Positions 40,842-53,303 of a DNA stretch of 64,000 nucleotides are shown one piece after another (the first letter of the stretch is position 1; every line of letters begins with the position of its first letter). The position numbers and the translations under genes are program-made. The notes beneath the pieces were generated by a model. It was not told the origin of the DNA. It searched no databases and saw only the letters and a program-made list of their open reading frames with translations. The DNA comes from an uncultured delta proteobacterium (GTDB lineage Bacteria > Myxococcota > Myxococcia > Myxococcales > Anaeromyxobacteraceae): contig CAWHDZ010000028.1 in NCBI GenBank assembly GCA_963828255.1, forward strand, positions 1 to 64,000, given 5' to 3'.

Positions 40842-41723
40842 TCAGGGAGCCGAGGAGAAGGTGTCGCAGGCGTCGAGCCGGCCGCTCTCGAGCCCCTTCC
40901 GGAACCAGTGGCTTCGCTGGGCCGACGAGCCGTGGGTGAAGGTCTCCGGCGAGGCCCGGCCCCCCGAGCGCTGCTGGAGCCGGTCGTCCCCCACCGCGGC
41001 CGCCGCACGGAGCCCGGATTCCAGATCTCCCGGGTCGAGGAGTTGCCGCTCCTGGGCAGACCGGGCCCACACCCCCGCCAGACAGTCGGCCTGGAGCTCC
41101 ATCTTCACCGAAAGTGAATTCCGGCTCGCCGGGTCCCGTTGCTGGGCCGCGCGGACCTTCGCCTCGATGCCGAGCACGTTCTGCAGGTGGTGCCCCACCT
41201 CGTGGGCGATCACGTAGGCCTGGGCGAACTCCCCGGGCGCGCCGAAGCGGGTGGCCAGCTCCCGGTAGAAGCCGAGGTCGATGTAGACCTTCTCGTCGGC
41301 CGGGCAGTAGAAGGGGCCCATCTCCGCGCCCGCCTGGCCGCAGCCGGAGCGGGTCTGGTCCCAGAAGAGCACGAGCGTCGCCTCGGGGTAGCCGCCCTGC
41401 CTGCGCGCCAGCTTGGTCGACCAGGTGCGCTGCGCGTCGTTGAAGGAGGCGACCGCGGTGCGCTCCAGCTGCCTCTCGGCGGCCTGGCGCCGGTCCACCT
41501 GGGCCGAGGAGGCCGGCGGGGAGGGCGCCGCCGCCGGGACTCCCGCCGGCGACGCGCCGAGGTCCGCGAAGAGGTCGCGGCCGAACACCAGGGAGAGCGC
41601 CAGGACGATCACGGTGCCGCCGAGGCCGAGGCGGACGCCGCTTCCGCCCATCGGAGAGCCCCCGCCGCCCGACCCGCGGCGGTCCTCCACGTTGCTGCGA
41701 TCGCCGTCGTCGTCGAGTCGCAC
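40842..41723 (-). CDS. neutral zinc metallopeptidase (YpfJ-like)
   Basis: SNVEDRRG, GPFYCPAD, AHEVGHH, ELQADCLAG, FTHGSS.QR. Confidence 0.93.
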   Translation of the reverse strand: MRLDDDGDRSNVEDRRGSGGGGSPMGGSGVRLGLGGTVIVLALSLVFGRDLFADLGASPAGVPAAAPSPPASSAQVDRRQAAERQLERTAVASFNDAQRTWSTKLARRQGGYPEATLVLFWDQTRSGCGQAGAEMGPFYCPADEKVYIDLGFYRELATRFGAPGEFAQAYVIAHEVGHHLQNVLGIEAKVRAAQQRDPASRNSLSVKMELQADCLAGVWARSAQERQLLDPGDLESGLRAAAAVGDDRLQQRSGGRASPETFTHGSSAQRSHWFRKGLESGRLDACDTFSSAP

Positions 41724-41738
41724 GGTTCCTCGGATCCG

Positions 41739-42785
41739 TCAGAACGCCCGCTCGGTGAGCATCACCGCGGCCTCGACCAGCGCGCGTCGGTGCACGCCGT
41801 CGGGCAGGGTCTCGAGCGCGGCGAGCGCCCCCCGGGTGTGCTCGCGGGCCAGCGCCCGCGCCGCCTCGACGCCCCCGGTTCGCTTCACGGCGGCGATGAC
41901 CTCGAGGCAGATCGCGTCGGTGGGGTCGGCGCCGTCGGCGATGGGGGCGAGCCGGGCGTGCAGGGCGGGCTCGGAGAGGAGGGCGCGAATGAGGGGCAGC
42001 GTGGCCTTCCCCTCCACCAGGTCGGCTCCGAGCCGCTTGCCCAGCTTCTCGGGGTCGGCGGCGTAGTCGAGGGCGTCGTCCACCAGCTGGAACGCGGTGC
42101 CGATGCCCTCGCCGAACCGGGAGAGCGCGGCCGGGATGGCGCCCTCCTGGCCGGCGGCCCACCCGCCCGAAGCGCAGGCCCAGCCGAAGAGCGAGGCGGT
42201 CTTTCCCTCGATGACCTGGAAGTAGTCCTGCTCGGTGGCGCGGAAGCCGCCGCGGAGCGAGAGTTGCTTCACCTCTCCCTCGACCAGGCGCCGCATGGTG
42301 GAGAGGAGGGCCGGGAGCGCACGTGCGGCGGCGGGGTGGCCCGCGGTGATCTCGAGCGAACGGGTGAGGAGCCAGTCGCCGGCCAGCACCGAGACGGTGT
42401 TCCCCCAGATGACGCGCGAGGCGGGCATGCCGCGCCGCAGCGGGCCGTCGTCGATCACGTCGTCGTGGAGCAGCGTGGCCGAGTGGGTCAGCTCGGCGGC
42501 CACGCCGAAGGGAACCGCGGCCGACATGTCGCCGCCGCTGGCGCCGCAGGCGAGGAGCGCCACCGTGGGGCGGATGCGCTTGCCACCGGCCGCCACGAGG
42601 TGGCGGGCGGCCGCCTGCAGCGTGGCCTCGGCGTCGGAGGTGGCCCGGGTGAGCTGGACCTCCAGCGCACCGAGCTCGTCGAAGAGGCGGGGGACCTGCG
42701 CGAGGGCGGCCTGGGCCTTCTCGGGCCGGGCGCCGCGCCGGGCGGCGTCCTCCAGCTGCTCGCGGATCACGTTGTCGTTCGCCAC
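41739..42785 (-). CDS. polyprenyl diphosphate synthase (IspB-like)
   Basis: GGKRIRP, HDDVID, RRG, GKTASLF, FQLVDDALD. Confidence 0.92.
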   Translation of the reverse strand: MANDNVIREQLEDAARRGARPEKAQAALAQVPRLFDELGALEVQLTRATSDAEATLQAAARHLVAAGGKRIRPTVALLACGASGGDMSAAVPFGVAAELTHSATLLHDDVIDDGPLRRGMPASRVIWGNTVSVLAGDWLLTRSLEITAGHPAAARALPALLSTMRRLVEGEVKQLSLRGGFRATEQDYFQVIEGKTASLFGWACASGGWAAGQEGAIPAALSRFGEGIGTAFQLVDDALDYAADPEKLGKRLGADLVEGKATLPLIRALLSEPALHARLAPIADGADPTDAICLEVIAAVKRTGGVEAARALAREHTRGALAALETLPDGVHRRALVEAAVMLTERAF

Positions 42786-42802
42786 TGACGGCGCGATATA
42801 GC

Positions 42803-43960
42803 ATGACCGCGCCTGCCCCGGGAGGTCCCGCGCTGTCCGATCGTGTCCGACGAATGACCACCGCCCTGCTGCTTGCCGCCTGCGGGACCGCGGCGGCGTC
42901 GCCCGGCCAGGAGCCGCTGGGCGTCCGCACCCCGGGCTCGCTCCGCGACCTCTTCCTCGACGTGGTGCAGTGGGATGCGCGCGCCGTGACCGCGCTCCGG
43001 CTCGACATGGGATGGGCCGTGGCCAACGACTGGAGCACGCCCACCACGCTCACCCGGGACGGGCAGGTCGTGCAGGTGCGGCTCGACGAGCAGGCCGACT
43101 CCCTCACCGCCGCGATCCGCGTGCCCTGGGGGGCGGTCCTGGGGTCGCCGGAGGGGTCGTTCCTGCGCCGGCTGGCGACCGCGCTCGAGATCCGGGGAAC
43201 CGTGCACTGGGGCGGGTGGAGCGACCCGGTCATCGACGCCTGGCACCGGGTCTTCGCCTACAACGACTTCGCCCGGCCCACCTTCCCCGCGAACGAGATC
43301 CACCTGGCGCTCCACCCCGCCCCCGGCACGGGCCCGGTGGACCTGGGCCAGGCCACCTTCGCCTTCGGAGACGTGGTGCTGCGGAACCAGCTGCTCCTCT
43401 GGGAGGGCGGGGAGCCTCTCCGGGAGGGGCCGGGGGCGCGGGCCGGGGTCTCCCTGCGACTCGACGTGAAGATCCCCACCGGGTCGCTCTCGCGCATGGG
43501 CGGCTCGGGGGGATGGGACCTGGGGCTCGCCCTGCTCGGCACCTGGCAGGCCACCCCCTGGCTGGTCGGGCACGCCATCGTCACCGGATCGCTCAGGTCG
43601 CCCATGGCGGGCGGCCTGCCGCTGCAGCCGCGCACCTGGCAGGGCAGCGCCGGGTTCTCGCTGGCGGTCCTCCTGGGCGGGTGGTCGCTCCTGCTGGAGG
43701 ACCGCTGGGCCACCGCCCCCTTCCAGGCCGGCTGGGGCTTCGTCGAGGTGAACCCGGAGTGGAATCTGCAGTCGAGCGCCTTCGCCGCGGTGACCCTCCC
43801 GCAGAACCAGATCACCGGCGGGGTGCGCTACGGCCCCGTCACCTTCTGGTTCCAGGAGGACTTCACCATCGGATACGTCCCGGGGCTGGGGCCGACCTGG
43901 TTCCACGACTCGAACGCCCCCGACGTCGCCATGGGGCTCACGCTCACCCTCCGGCCCTGA
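42803..43960 (+). CDS. probable exported/outer-membrane protein (DUF3187-like)
   Basis: Signal-like segment; HWGGWSDPVIDAWH..F, LDVKIPTG, GSGGWD, PDV.MG motifs; amphipathic beta pattern; start may be 42854. Confidence 0.65.
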   Translation: MTAPAPGGPALSDRVRRMTTALLLAACGTAAASPGQEPLGVRTPGSLRDLFLDVVQWDARAVTALRLDMGWAVANDWSTPTTLTRDGQVVQVRLDEQADSLTAAIRVPWGAVLGSPEGSFLRRLATALEIRGTVHWGGWSDPVIDAWHRVFAYNDFARPTFPANEIHLALHPAPGTGPVDLGQATFAFGDVVLRNQLLLWEGGEPLREGPGARAGVSLRLDVKIPTGSLSRMGGSGGWDLGLALLGTWQATPWLVGHAIVTGSLRSPMAGGLPLQPRTWQGSAGFSLAVLLGGWSLLLEDRWATAPFQAGWGFVEVNPEWNLQSSAFAAVTLPQNQITGGVRYGPVTFWFQEDFTIGYVPGLGPTWFHDSNAPDVAMGLTLTLRP

Positions 43961-43991
43961 AGCCGCCGCGGCGGCGTGCTACGGTCGTCCC

Positions 43992-44735
43992 GTGTCCTGG
44001 GTCAAGCTCGTCCTCTCCTACGACGGCACCCGCTACGTGGGCTGGCAGCTCCAGGCCAACGGGCCGTCGATCCAGGCCGAGGTGGAGCGGGCGCTCACCG
44101 TCCTCCACAAGGAGCCGGTGCGCGTGACCGCGGCGGGGCGCACCGACTCCGGCGTCCACGCCCTCGGGCAGGTGGCGAGCTTCGCGGTGGAGCACCCCAT
44201 CCCGGTGACGGCCTACGTGAAGGGGATGAACGCCCACCTGCCGGAGGACATCGCGGTTCGCGAGGCCGAGGTCCGCGGGTCGCCCTTCGACGCGCGGCGC
44301 GACGCGCGGGGCAAGCGCTACCGCTACCGGATCGAGAACCTCCCCACGCGCCATCCGCTGGGCAGGCTGCAGGCCTGGCAGGTCTTCCGCCCCCTCGACG
44401 TCGCCGCCATGCGGGCCGCCGCCGCACCGCTCCTGGGCCGGCACGACTTCGGCGCCTTCCGGGCCGCCGACTGCGACGCCGCGCACGCGGTGCGCGAGCT
44501 GCGACGGCTCGAGGTCCAGGAAGGGCCGGAGGGGCGCATCGAGGTGGTGGCCGAGGCCACCGCCTTCCTGAAGCACATGGTGCGCAATCTCGTGGGGACG
44601 CTCGTCGAGGTCGGCCTGGGAGCCCGGAGCGCCGGATCGATGGAGGACGTGCTGCGGAGCCGCGACCGGAAGCTCTCGGGCCGGACCGCGCCGCCGCAGG
44701 GGCTGGTGCTCGACCGGGTCTTCTACGACGAGTGA
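43992..44735 (+). CDS. truA: tRNA pseudouridine(38-40) synthase
   Basis: YDGTRYVGWQ, AGRTDSGVHA, GRHDF, FLKHMVRN, TAPPQGL. Confidence 0.96.
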   Translation: MSWVKLVLSYDGTRYVGWQLQANGPSIQAEVERALTVLHKEPVRVTAAGRTDSGVHALGQVASFAVEHPIPVTAYVKGMNAHLPEDIAVREAEVRGSPFDARRDARGKRYRYRIENLPTRHPLGRLQAWQVFRPLDVAAMRAAAAPLLGRHDFGAFRAADCDAAHAVRELRRLEVQEGPEGRIEVVAEATAFLKHMVRNLVGTLVEVGLGARSAGSMEDVLRSRDRKLSGRTAPPQGLVLDRVFYDE

Positions 44736-44751
44736 AGAGGAGCCCGGCCCC

Positions 44752-45528
44752 TCACCTGGCCGGCGCGCCCATTCCCAGCGCCTGGGAGATCTCCCGGGCC
44801 TTGGCCTGGAGGATGCGGGCGTTGCGCGGCCCCATCCGCAGGATCTGCTTCTCCACGTCGCCGAGCCCCTCCAGTGACGGATCGGCGAAGGCCCAGGTGG
44901 CGCCCGTTCCCTCCACCACCGCGACCTCCCCGTCGCGGACCGGGCTCACCTCGATGCGGTGGAGCGCCCGCGCCGCCGCCTTGTCGATCGAGCCGTCCGG
45001 GTAGCCGAGGGCGCGGTAGGCGGCCTCCAGCGCCGGGCGCAGCGCGGCGTAGGCGATGACGAACGCGTCCACGTTCACCGAGGCCACCGCGTCTCCCACG
45101 GTGTCGAAGCGGGAGTACGACTGCGGGTCGATGGAGGCCTTCCCGTCCCGGCGCACCACCGCGAAGGCGCCCTTGGGTGCGAGGGTCTCGAGCTGCTTGC
45201 GCGGCACCATGTCGTTGGCCAGGTTCTCGACCGCCACGGCCCAGCGGCGCGCCACGTCGGGCGCGACGAGGAGCCCGCGGAGCAAGGGGTTCGCCGACAC
45301 GGCCTCGAGGAGGGAGAGCTGCCTGGCCGGGTCCACCGCCGGGCCGGTCGCCCCGGCAGGAGCCTCGACCGCCGGAGGCGCCGCCGCCCCGGGGGCGGGT
45401 GGAGGCGGGGTCGCGCCGAGGAACCACCAGAGCCCGCCAGCGGCGGCCACGACCACCCCGAGCCCGGCGAGCACCAGCGGAACCGCGCTGGGCGGGCGAA
45501 TCGAGGTCTTCGGTCTCTCCGATTCCAT
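44752..45528 (-). CDS. membrane-anchored DUF3014-like protein
   Basis: TM helix, Pro-rich linker, AYRALGYP, FADPSLE.L...EKQILRMGP.N motif; [11 protein letters not shown]. Confidence 0.8.
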   Translation of the reverse strand: MESERPKTSIRPPSAVPLVLAGLGVVVAAAGGLWWFLGATPPPPAPGAAAPPAVEAPAGATGPAVDPARQLSLLEAVSANPLLRGLLVAPDVARRWAVAVENLANDMVPRKQLETLAPKGAFAVVRRDGKASIDPQSYSRFDTVGDAVASVNVDAFVIAYAALRPALEAAYRALGYPDGSIDKAAARALHRIEVSPVRDGEVAVVEGTGATWAFADPSLEGLGDVEKQILRMGPRNARILQAKAREISQALGMGAPAR

Positions 45529-45561
45529 GTGTGCTCCCTCCCCTTCGGTGAACCCTCCGGC

Positions 45562-45742
45562 GCTGGCGCGAATTCTCCCTCGAATCGCCTCCGACGGAAA
45601 CGACGAGGCCGGCGGCTCTCGCCACCGGCCCCGAAGGTCTTGGGTCTATGAGAGGGCTCGCGTCTACCTGGACTCCTTTGGGATCGTTTTCCGGATCCAG
45701 GAGCAAGCCCCGTTCCGAAACCACGCCTCCTGGAACGCCAGC
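45562..45742 (-). ncRNA. candidate structured 5' leader / cis-regulatory RNA
   Basis: Closing stem GCTGGCG/CGCCAGC, GAGA-tetraloop 10-bp hairpin, alternative CCAGG/CCTGG pairings; no family recognised. Confidence 0.35.
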
Positions 45743-45816
45743 AATGTCAGCTGGTTGAAAAATGCGACTGCTCGAAACCCGTGCAAGGGGAGTGGAGAAT
45801 CGGGGCACCACGCCCC

Positions 45817-48453
<2,637 letters not shown>

Positions 48454-48518
48454 ACCCCGGAAGCGTAAGGCCTCGGGCATGCATGGCAAGCGCCGTCCCG
48501 GGCCATTAGGGGTCGAGG

Positions 48519-49610
48519 GTGAACGACCCATCCAGGACGAGTGCAGCGCTGCCGGCGGTCCTCTCCGTGGGGCGTGCGCTCCCCGGGAACTACGCCGACC
48601 AGGAGACCCTGACCGCGGCGCTCCGCGCCCACTGGGCCGCGCAGCACTTCAACGCCGACCGGCTCGAGGAGCTGCACCGGGCGGTCAAGGTGAAGGGTCG
48701 CCACCTCGCGCTGCCGCTCGCCGGGTACCCGGCGCTCGACACCTTCAAGAAGTCGAACGACGCCTGGATCCGGGTGGCCGAGGAGCTCGGCGCCGAGGCG
48801 GTCATGCGGGCCCTCGACGACGCCGGGCTCCGGCCGGCCGACGTGGACCAGCTGGTCTTCGTGACCGTCACCGGCCTGGCCACCCCCTCCATCGACGCGA
48901 AGCTGGTGAACCGGCTCGGGCTGCGGCGCGACGTGAAGCGGGTCCCCATCTTCGGGCTGGGCTGCGTCGCCGGCGCCGCCGGCCTGGCGCGCCTCTCCGA
49001 TCTCATGTCCAGCACTCCGGGAGGGGTCGGGATCCTCCTCTCGGTGGAGCTCTGCTCGCTCACCCTGCAGCGCGACGACCTCTCGGTGGCCAACGCGGTG
49101 GCCTCGGGGATCTTCGGGGACGGCGCCGCGGCGGTGGTCCTGGCCGGATGTTCACGAAAAGTGAAAGCGACCCCGCGCCCGCGCGTGGTGGCCACCCGGG
49201 CCGCCTTCTACCCCGACACCGAGTGGGTCATGGGCTGGGACTTCCGCGACACCGGCTTCCAGGTGGTGCTCTCCGCCGAGGTCCCCCGCGTCACCCGCGA
49301 GAACATCGCCGGCGACGTGGACGGGTTCCTGGCGTCGCAGGGGCTCGGGCGCGGGGACGTGCGCCACTGGATTGCCCACACCGGGGGGCCCAAGGTGCTC
49401 GAGGCCTTCCAGTCCGCCCTGGCCCTTCCCGACGGGGCGCTGCGGCGCTCCTGGAGGTCGCTCGAGGAGGTGGGCAACCTCTCATCGGCCTCGGTGCTCT
49501 TCGTGCTCGGCGACCTCCTCGATTCGGGCGAGCCCAGGCCCGGGGATCTGGGGCTGGTCGTCGCCATGGGGCCCGGATTCTGCGCGGAGATGGTACTCCT
49601 CCGGTGGTGA
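48519..49610 (+). CDS. type III polyketide synthase (FtpA/SrsA-like)
   Basis: Cys-His-Asn triad: [34 protein letters not shown]. Confidence 0.94.
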   Translation: MNDPSRTSAALPAVLSVGRALPGNYADQETLTAALRAHWAAQHFNADRLEELHRAVKVKGRHLALPLAGYPALDTFKKSNDAWIRVAEELGAEAVMRALDDAGLRPADVDQLVFVTVTGLATPSIDAKLVNRLGLRRDVKRVPIFGLGCVAGAAGLARLSDLMSSTPGGVGILLSVELCSLTLQRDDLSVANAVASGIFGDGAAAVVLAGCSRKVKATPRPRVVATRAAFYPDTEWVMGWDFRDTGFQVVLSAEVPRVTRENIAGDVDGFLASQGLGRGDVRHWIAHTGGPKVLEAFQSALALPDGALRRSWRSLEEVGNLSSASVLFVLGDLLDSGEPRPGDLGLVVAMGPGFCAEMVLLRW

Positions 49611-49623
49611 GAGGGATCGGCGC

Positions 49624-50175
49624 GTGACCGCACTCTGGGCCTATCTGGCGCTTCTCGGTCTCGTGGCGGCCGAGCGGGGGGCCGAGCTCTCGGTCTCGAA
49701 CCGCAACGCCCGCGCCCTGCTCTCCCGCGGTGGGAAGGAGAGCGGCCGCGGGGTCTATCTGGTGATGGTGGCCTTCCACGCCCTCTTCCTCCCGGTGCTG
49801 GCGCTCGGCGCCATCGCCTACCGGGAGCCGCCCTCCACCTGGGCCCTCCTCGCCGTGGCCGGGGCCTTCGCCGCCCAGGGGCTGCGCTGGTGGGCGGTCC
49901 GCACGCTGGGCGACCGCTGGAGCACCCGGGTCATCGTGCTCCCGAAGGCCAGGCCGGTCACCGGCGGCCCCTACCGCTTCCTGCGCCATCCCAACTACCT
50001 GGCGGTGATCGTGGAGATGGCCTGCCTTCCGCTGGCCTGGGGCATGTGGCGCCTGGCCATCCTGTTCACCCTGGGGAACGCCGCGATCCTGTACTTCCGC
50101 ATCCGCGAGGAGGAGCGGGCGCTCGGCCCGGAATGGAGCCGCGCCTTCGAGGGGAAGGGGAGGTTCGTGCCGTGA
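49624..50175 (+). CDS. isoprenylcysteine carboxyl methyltransferase family (FtpB/SrsB-like)
   Basis: [19 protein letters not shown]; several TM helices. Confidence 0.9.
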   Translation: MTALWAYLALLGLVAAERGAELSVSNRNARALLSRGGKESGRGVYLVMVAFHALFLPVLALGAIAYREPPSTWALLAVAGAFAAQGLRWWAVRTLGDRWSTRVIVLPKARPVTGGPYRFLRHPNYLAVIVEMACLPLAWGMWRLAILFTLGNAAILYFRIREEERALGPEWSRAFEGKGRFVP

Positions 50176-50444
50176 CCGCGCCGCCCGGCCCGACCCCACG
50201 CGAGCGGGAGGTGGCCGCCGAGATCCGGCGCATCGTCCGGGAGCAGCTGCACGCGCGGACCGAGTTCGGCGACGACGAGGAGCTGGCCTCCCGACTCGAC
50301 TCGCTGGCGCTGCTCTCGCTCGTGGTCGCGGTCGAGGACCGTTTCCGCATCCTGCTCACCGACGAGGACGCCGCCAGGGCCCGCTCGCTCTCCGAACTGG
50401 CCCGGGTCGTCGCCGCGCGCTCCACGGTGCAGGTGGCGCCGTGA
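50172..50444 (+). CDS. acyl carrier protein
   Basis: LDSL phosphopantetheine motif, VEDRFRI; GTGA overlaps at both ends. Confidence 0.88.
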   Translation: MTAPPGPTPREREVAAEIRRIVREQLHARTEFGDDEELASRLDSLALLSLVVAVEDRFRILLTDEDAARARSLSELARVVAARSTVQVAP

Positions 50445-52147
50445 ACCGGCTGCGGGGCCCTCCGGCGCCCGTCCCGCGCCACCAGGGGGTGGCCGCCATG
50501 CTCTCGGCGGCGGCCCGCCACCCCTCCGGCGTCACCTTCGTGGGGCTGCGCGAGGAGGAGACCCGCCTCTCCTGGGCCGAGGTGGACGCACGGGCCCGCC
50601 GCGCCGCCGGGGCGCTCGTGGCCCGCGGCGTCCGCGCCGGCGACCGGGTGGCCATCGTGCTCCGCACCGAGCCCGCCTTCCTCGACGCCTTCTTCGGCGC
50701 GCTGCACGCCGGGGCGGTGCCGGTCCCGCTCTACCCGCCGGTGCGGCTCGGGCGCATGGACGAGTACGTGCTGGCCACCGCGCGCATGCTGCGGGTGTCG
50801 GGGACGCGCGCGCTGGTCACCACGGGGGGCTTGGCCCGGGTCATCGGCCGGGCCGTGGCCGAGGCCGGGCCGGGCCTGGATCTCGGGGTGGTGGACGCGT
50901 CCGGTCTCGGGGAGGGGCGGGAGACCTCCGCGCCCCGCGCCGGCGGCGACCTGGCCCTCGTCCAGTTCTCCTCCGGATCGACGGTGGATCCCAGGCCGGT
51001 GGCCCTTTCCCACGCCGCCCTGGTCGCCCAGGTCGATTCACTCGTGGTCATCGTGCAGCCGACGCCGCACGACGTGCTCGTCTCCTGGCTGCCGCTGTAC
51101 CACGACATGGGGCTCATCGGCTGCCTGCTCGGCGCGGTCTCCTACCCGGGGCCGCTCGTGCTCATCCCGCCCGAGCACTTCCTGGCCCGCCCGGCCCTCT
51201 GGCCGCGCGCGGTGGCCCGCCACCGCGGGACCATCTCGGCGGCGCCCCACTTCGCCTACGCCTTCGCCGCCGACCGGGTGCGCGACGCCGACATGGCCGG
51301 GCTCTCGCTCGCCTCCTGGCGCATCGCCCTCGACGGCGCCGAGCCGGTCACCACCGGCGCGCTGCGGCGCTTCGCCGAACGCTTCGCCCCCTCCGGCCTC
51401 GATCCCGGGGTCCTCATGCCGGTCTACGGGCTCTCCGAGGCGGCGCTGGCCGTGACCTTCTCCCCGCCCGGGCGGCCGCCACGCGTCGAGGATGGCGCGG
51501 TCTCGGTGGGCCTGCCCATACCCGGGGTGGAGGTGGAGGTGCGCGGCGAGGACGGGGGCGCGCTGCCGGAGCGGCGCCCCGGCCGCATCCACGTGCGCGG
51601 CCCCTCGCTCATGCAGGGCTACCTGGGCGACGCCGCCGCCACCGCCCTGGCGCTGCGCGACGGGTGGCTCGACACCGGCGACCTGGGCTTCCACGCCGGC
51701 GGCGAGCTCTTCGTGCGCGGCCGGGCCAAGGACGTCGTCATCGTGCGGGGTGCGAACCACGCCCCGGAGGAGTTCGAGGCCTGCCTGGGGGCCGTCGAGG
51801 GGCTGCGCCCCGGCTGCGCGGTGGCGCTGGGCTTCGTGCCCGAGGGAGGCGACGGCGAGGAGCTCCTGGTGCTGGCCGAGCGGACCCGCGCCTTCCGGGG
51901 CGACCCGGCCGCGCTCGTCGAGGCGGTGCGCGAGGCGGTCTCGTCGCGGTCCGGCGTGCGCCCCCACACCGTGCGGATCCTCGAGCCCGGGACCCTGCCC
52001 CGCACCTCCAGCGGCAAGATGCGCCGCGGCGAGGCGCTGCGCCGCTTCCAGGCGGGGAAGCTCCTCCCTCCACGCAAGGTGAATGTCCTCTCGCTGGTGC
52101 GGGAGGTGCTGGCCGGCCGGCTCGCCCGGGCCAGGGCCCGGAGGTGA
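50441..52147 (+). CDS. fatty acyl-AMP ligase (FAAL)
   Basis: QFSSGST, SWLPLYHDMGLIG, YGLSEA, TGDLG, GRAKD, LPRTSSGK. Confidence 0.9.
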   Translation: MNRLRGPPAPVPRHQGVAAMLSAAARHPSGVTFVGLREEETRLSWAEVDARARRAAGALVARGVRAGDRVAIVLRTEPAFLDAFFGALHAGAVPVPLYPPVRLGRMDEYVLATARMLRVSGTRALVTTGGLARVIGRAVAEAGPGLDLGVVDASGLGEGRETSAPRAGGDLALVQFSSGSTVDPRPVALSHAALVAQVDSLVVIVQPTPHDVLVSWLPLYHDMGLIGCLLGAVSYPGPLVLIPPEHFLARPALWPRAVARHRGTISAAPHFAYAFAADRVRDADMAGLSLASWRIALDGAEPVTTGALRRFAERFAPSGLDPGVLMPVYGLSEAALAVTFSPPGRPPRVEDGAVSVGLPIPGVEVEVRGEDGGALPERRPGRIHVRGPSLMQGYLGDAAATALALRDGWLDTGDLGFHAGGELFVRGRAKDVVIVRGANHAPEEFEACLGAVEGLRPGCAVALGFVPEGGDGEELLVLAERTRAFRGDPAALVEAVREAVSSRSGVRPHTVRILEPGTLPRTSSGKMRRGEALRRFQAGKLLPPRKVNVLSLVREVLAGRLARARARR

Positions 52148-52148
52148 C

Positions 52149-53234
52149 GTGAGGGACGTGATCGTCGTCGGCGGCGGCCCGGCTGGGCTCTCGGCGGCCG
52201 CCGCGGTGGCGGCGCGGGGGCTCGACGTGGTCGTCCTGGAGCGGCGGGAGCTGCCCGCCGACAAGGCCTGCGGCGAGGGGCTCCTCCCCGGAGGCGTCCG
52301 GGCGCTCGAGGCGCTGGGCGCGCTGCGCCACCTCGACCCGGGAGGCTGGTCCCCGCTGCGGGCCATCCGCTGGATCCAGGAGGATGGGCGCCTTGCCGAG
52401 GCGCGCCTGCCCTCGCCGGGCGGGATGGGGATCCGGCGGCTGGCGCTCTCCGCGGCGCTCTCGGCCCGGGCGCGCGAGGCCGGGGCCGAGGTTCGCGACG
52501 GGGCCGGGGTGGAGTCGCACCGGCGCGACGGCGACGGCGTGACGGTCCGTCTCGCGTCGGGCGAGGAGCTGCGGGCCCGCTTCCTCGTGGCCGCCGACGG
52601 GCTCTCCTCGGCGGTCCGGGAGCGGGAGGGGCTCGACCGGCCGGCGGCCACGCCCCGCCGCTTCGGCCTGCGGCGACACTTCGCGATCGATCCCTGGACC
52701 GACGCGGTCGAGGTCCACTTCTCGCCCGGAGTCGAGGCCTACGTCACCCCGGCGGGAGCGCGGCGGGTGGGGCTGGCCTTCCTCTTCGAGGAGGGGATCG
52801 CGTCCGGCTTCGACACGCTCCTGGCGCGCTTCCCGGCGCTCGCCTCCCGCCTCGCCGGTGCGCCCTTCGACTCGGCGCTGGCCGGGGTGGGCCCCCTGGG
52901 GAGGAACGCGTCGGCCCGCATCGCCGACCGGCTCGTCCTCGCCGGTGACGCCGGCGGGTACGTGGACGCCATCACCGGCGAGGGGGTGTCGCTCGCGCTG
53001 CTGGAGGCCGTGCTCCTGGGGGCGCTCCTCCCGGACGCCCTCTCCCGGGGAGCCAACCGGGAGGCGCTCCTGCCCTGGGATCGGGCGGTCCGGGCCCGCC
53101 ACCGGCGCCACGCCGCGGTGACGCGACTCGTCCTGGGGATGGCGCGCCGTCCGGCCGTTCGACGCAGCGCGGTGGCGCTGCTCGGACGGGCCCCGCGCCT
53201 CTTCGACGTCCTGGTGGCCGGGGCGGTCGGTTGA
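52149..53234 (+). CDS. FAD-dependent oxidoreductase/monooxygenase (FtpE/SrsC-like)
   Basis: GGGPAG, DKACGEGL, AADG, GDAGGYVDAITGEG. Confidence 0.88.
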   Translation: MRDVIVVGGGPAGLSAAAAVAARGLDVVVLERRELPADKACGEGLLPGGVRALEALGALRHLDPGGWSPLRAIRWIQEDGRLAEARLPSPGGMGIRRLALSAALSARAREAGAEVRDGAGVESHRRDGDGVTVRLASGEELRARFLVAADGLSSAVREREGLDRPAATPRRFGLRRHFAIDPWTDAVEVHFSPGVEAYVTPAGARRVGLAFLFEEGIASGFDTLLARFPALASRLAGAPFDSALAGVGPLGRNASARIADRLVLAGDAGGYVDAITGEGVSLALLEAVLLGALLPDALSRGANREALLPWDRAVRARHRRHAAVTRLVLGMARRPAVRRSAVALLGRAPRLFDVLVAGAVG

Positions 53235-53303
53235 TCGCCCCCGAGATTCGAGCGCAAGCGCGCCGGTCCGTGGTTAACTGAGCCCCTTTCAACGGAGGCA
53301 ACA

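Noticed and set aside
45648..45758. 36-codon plus-strand ORF in the clpB-DUF3014 gap
   Set aside because: No RBS and third positions do not match the genome's GC3 bias.
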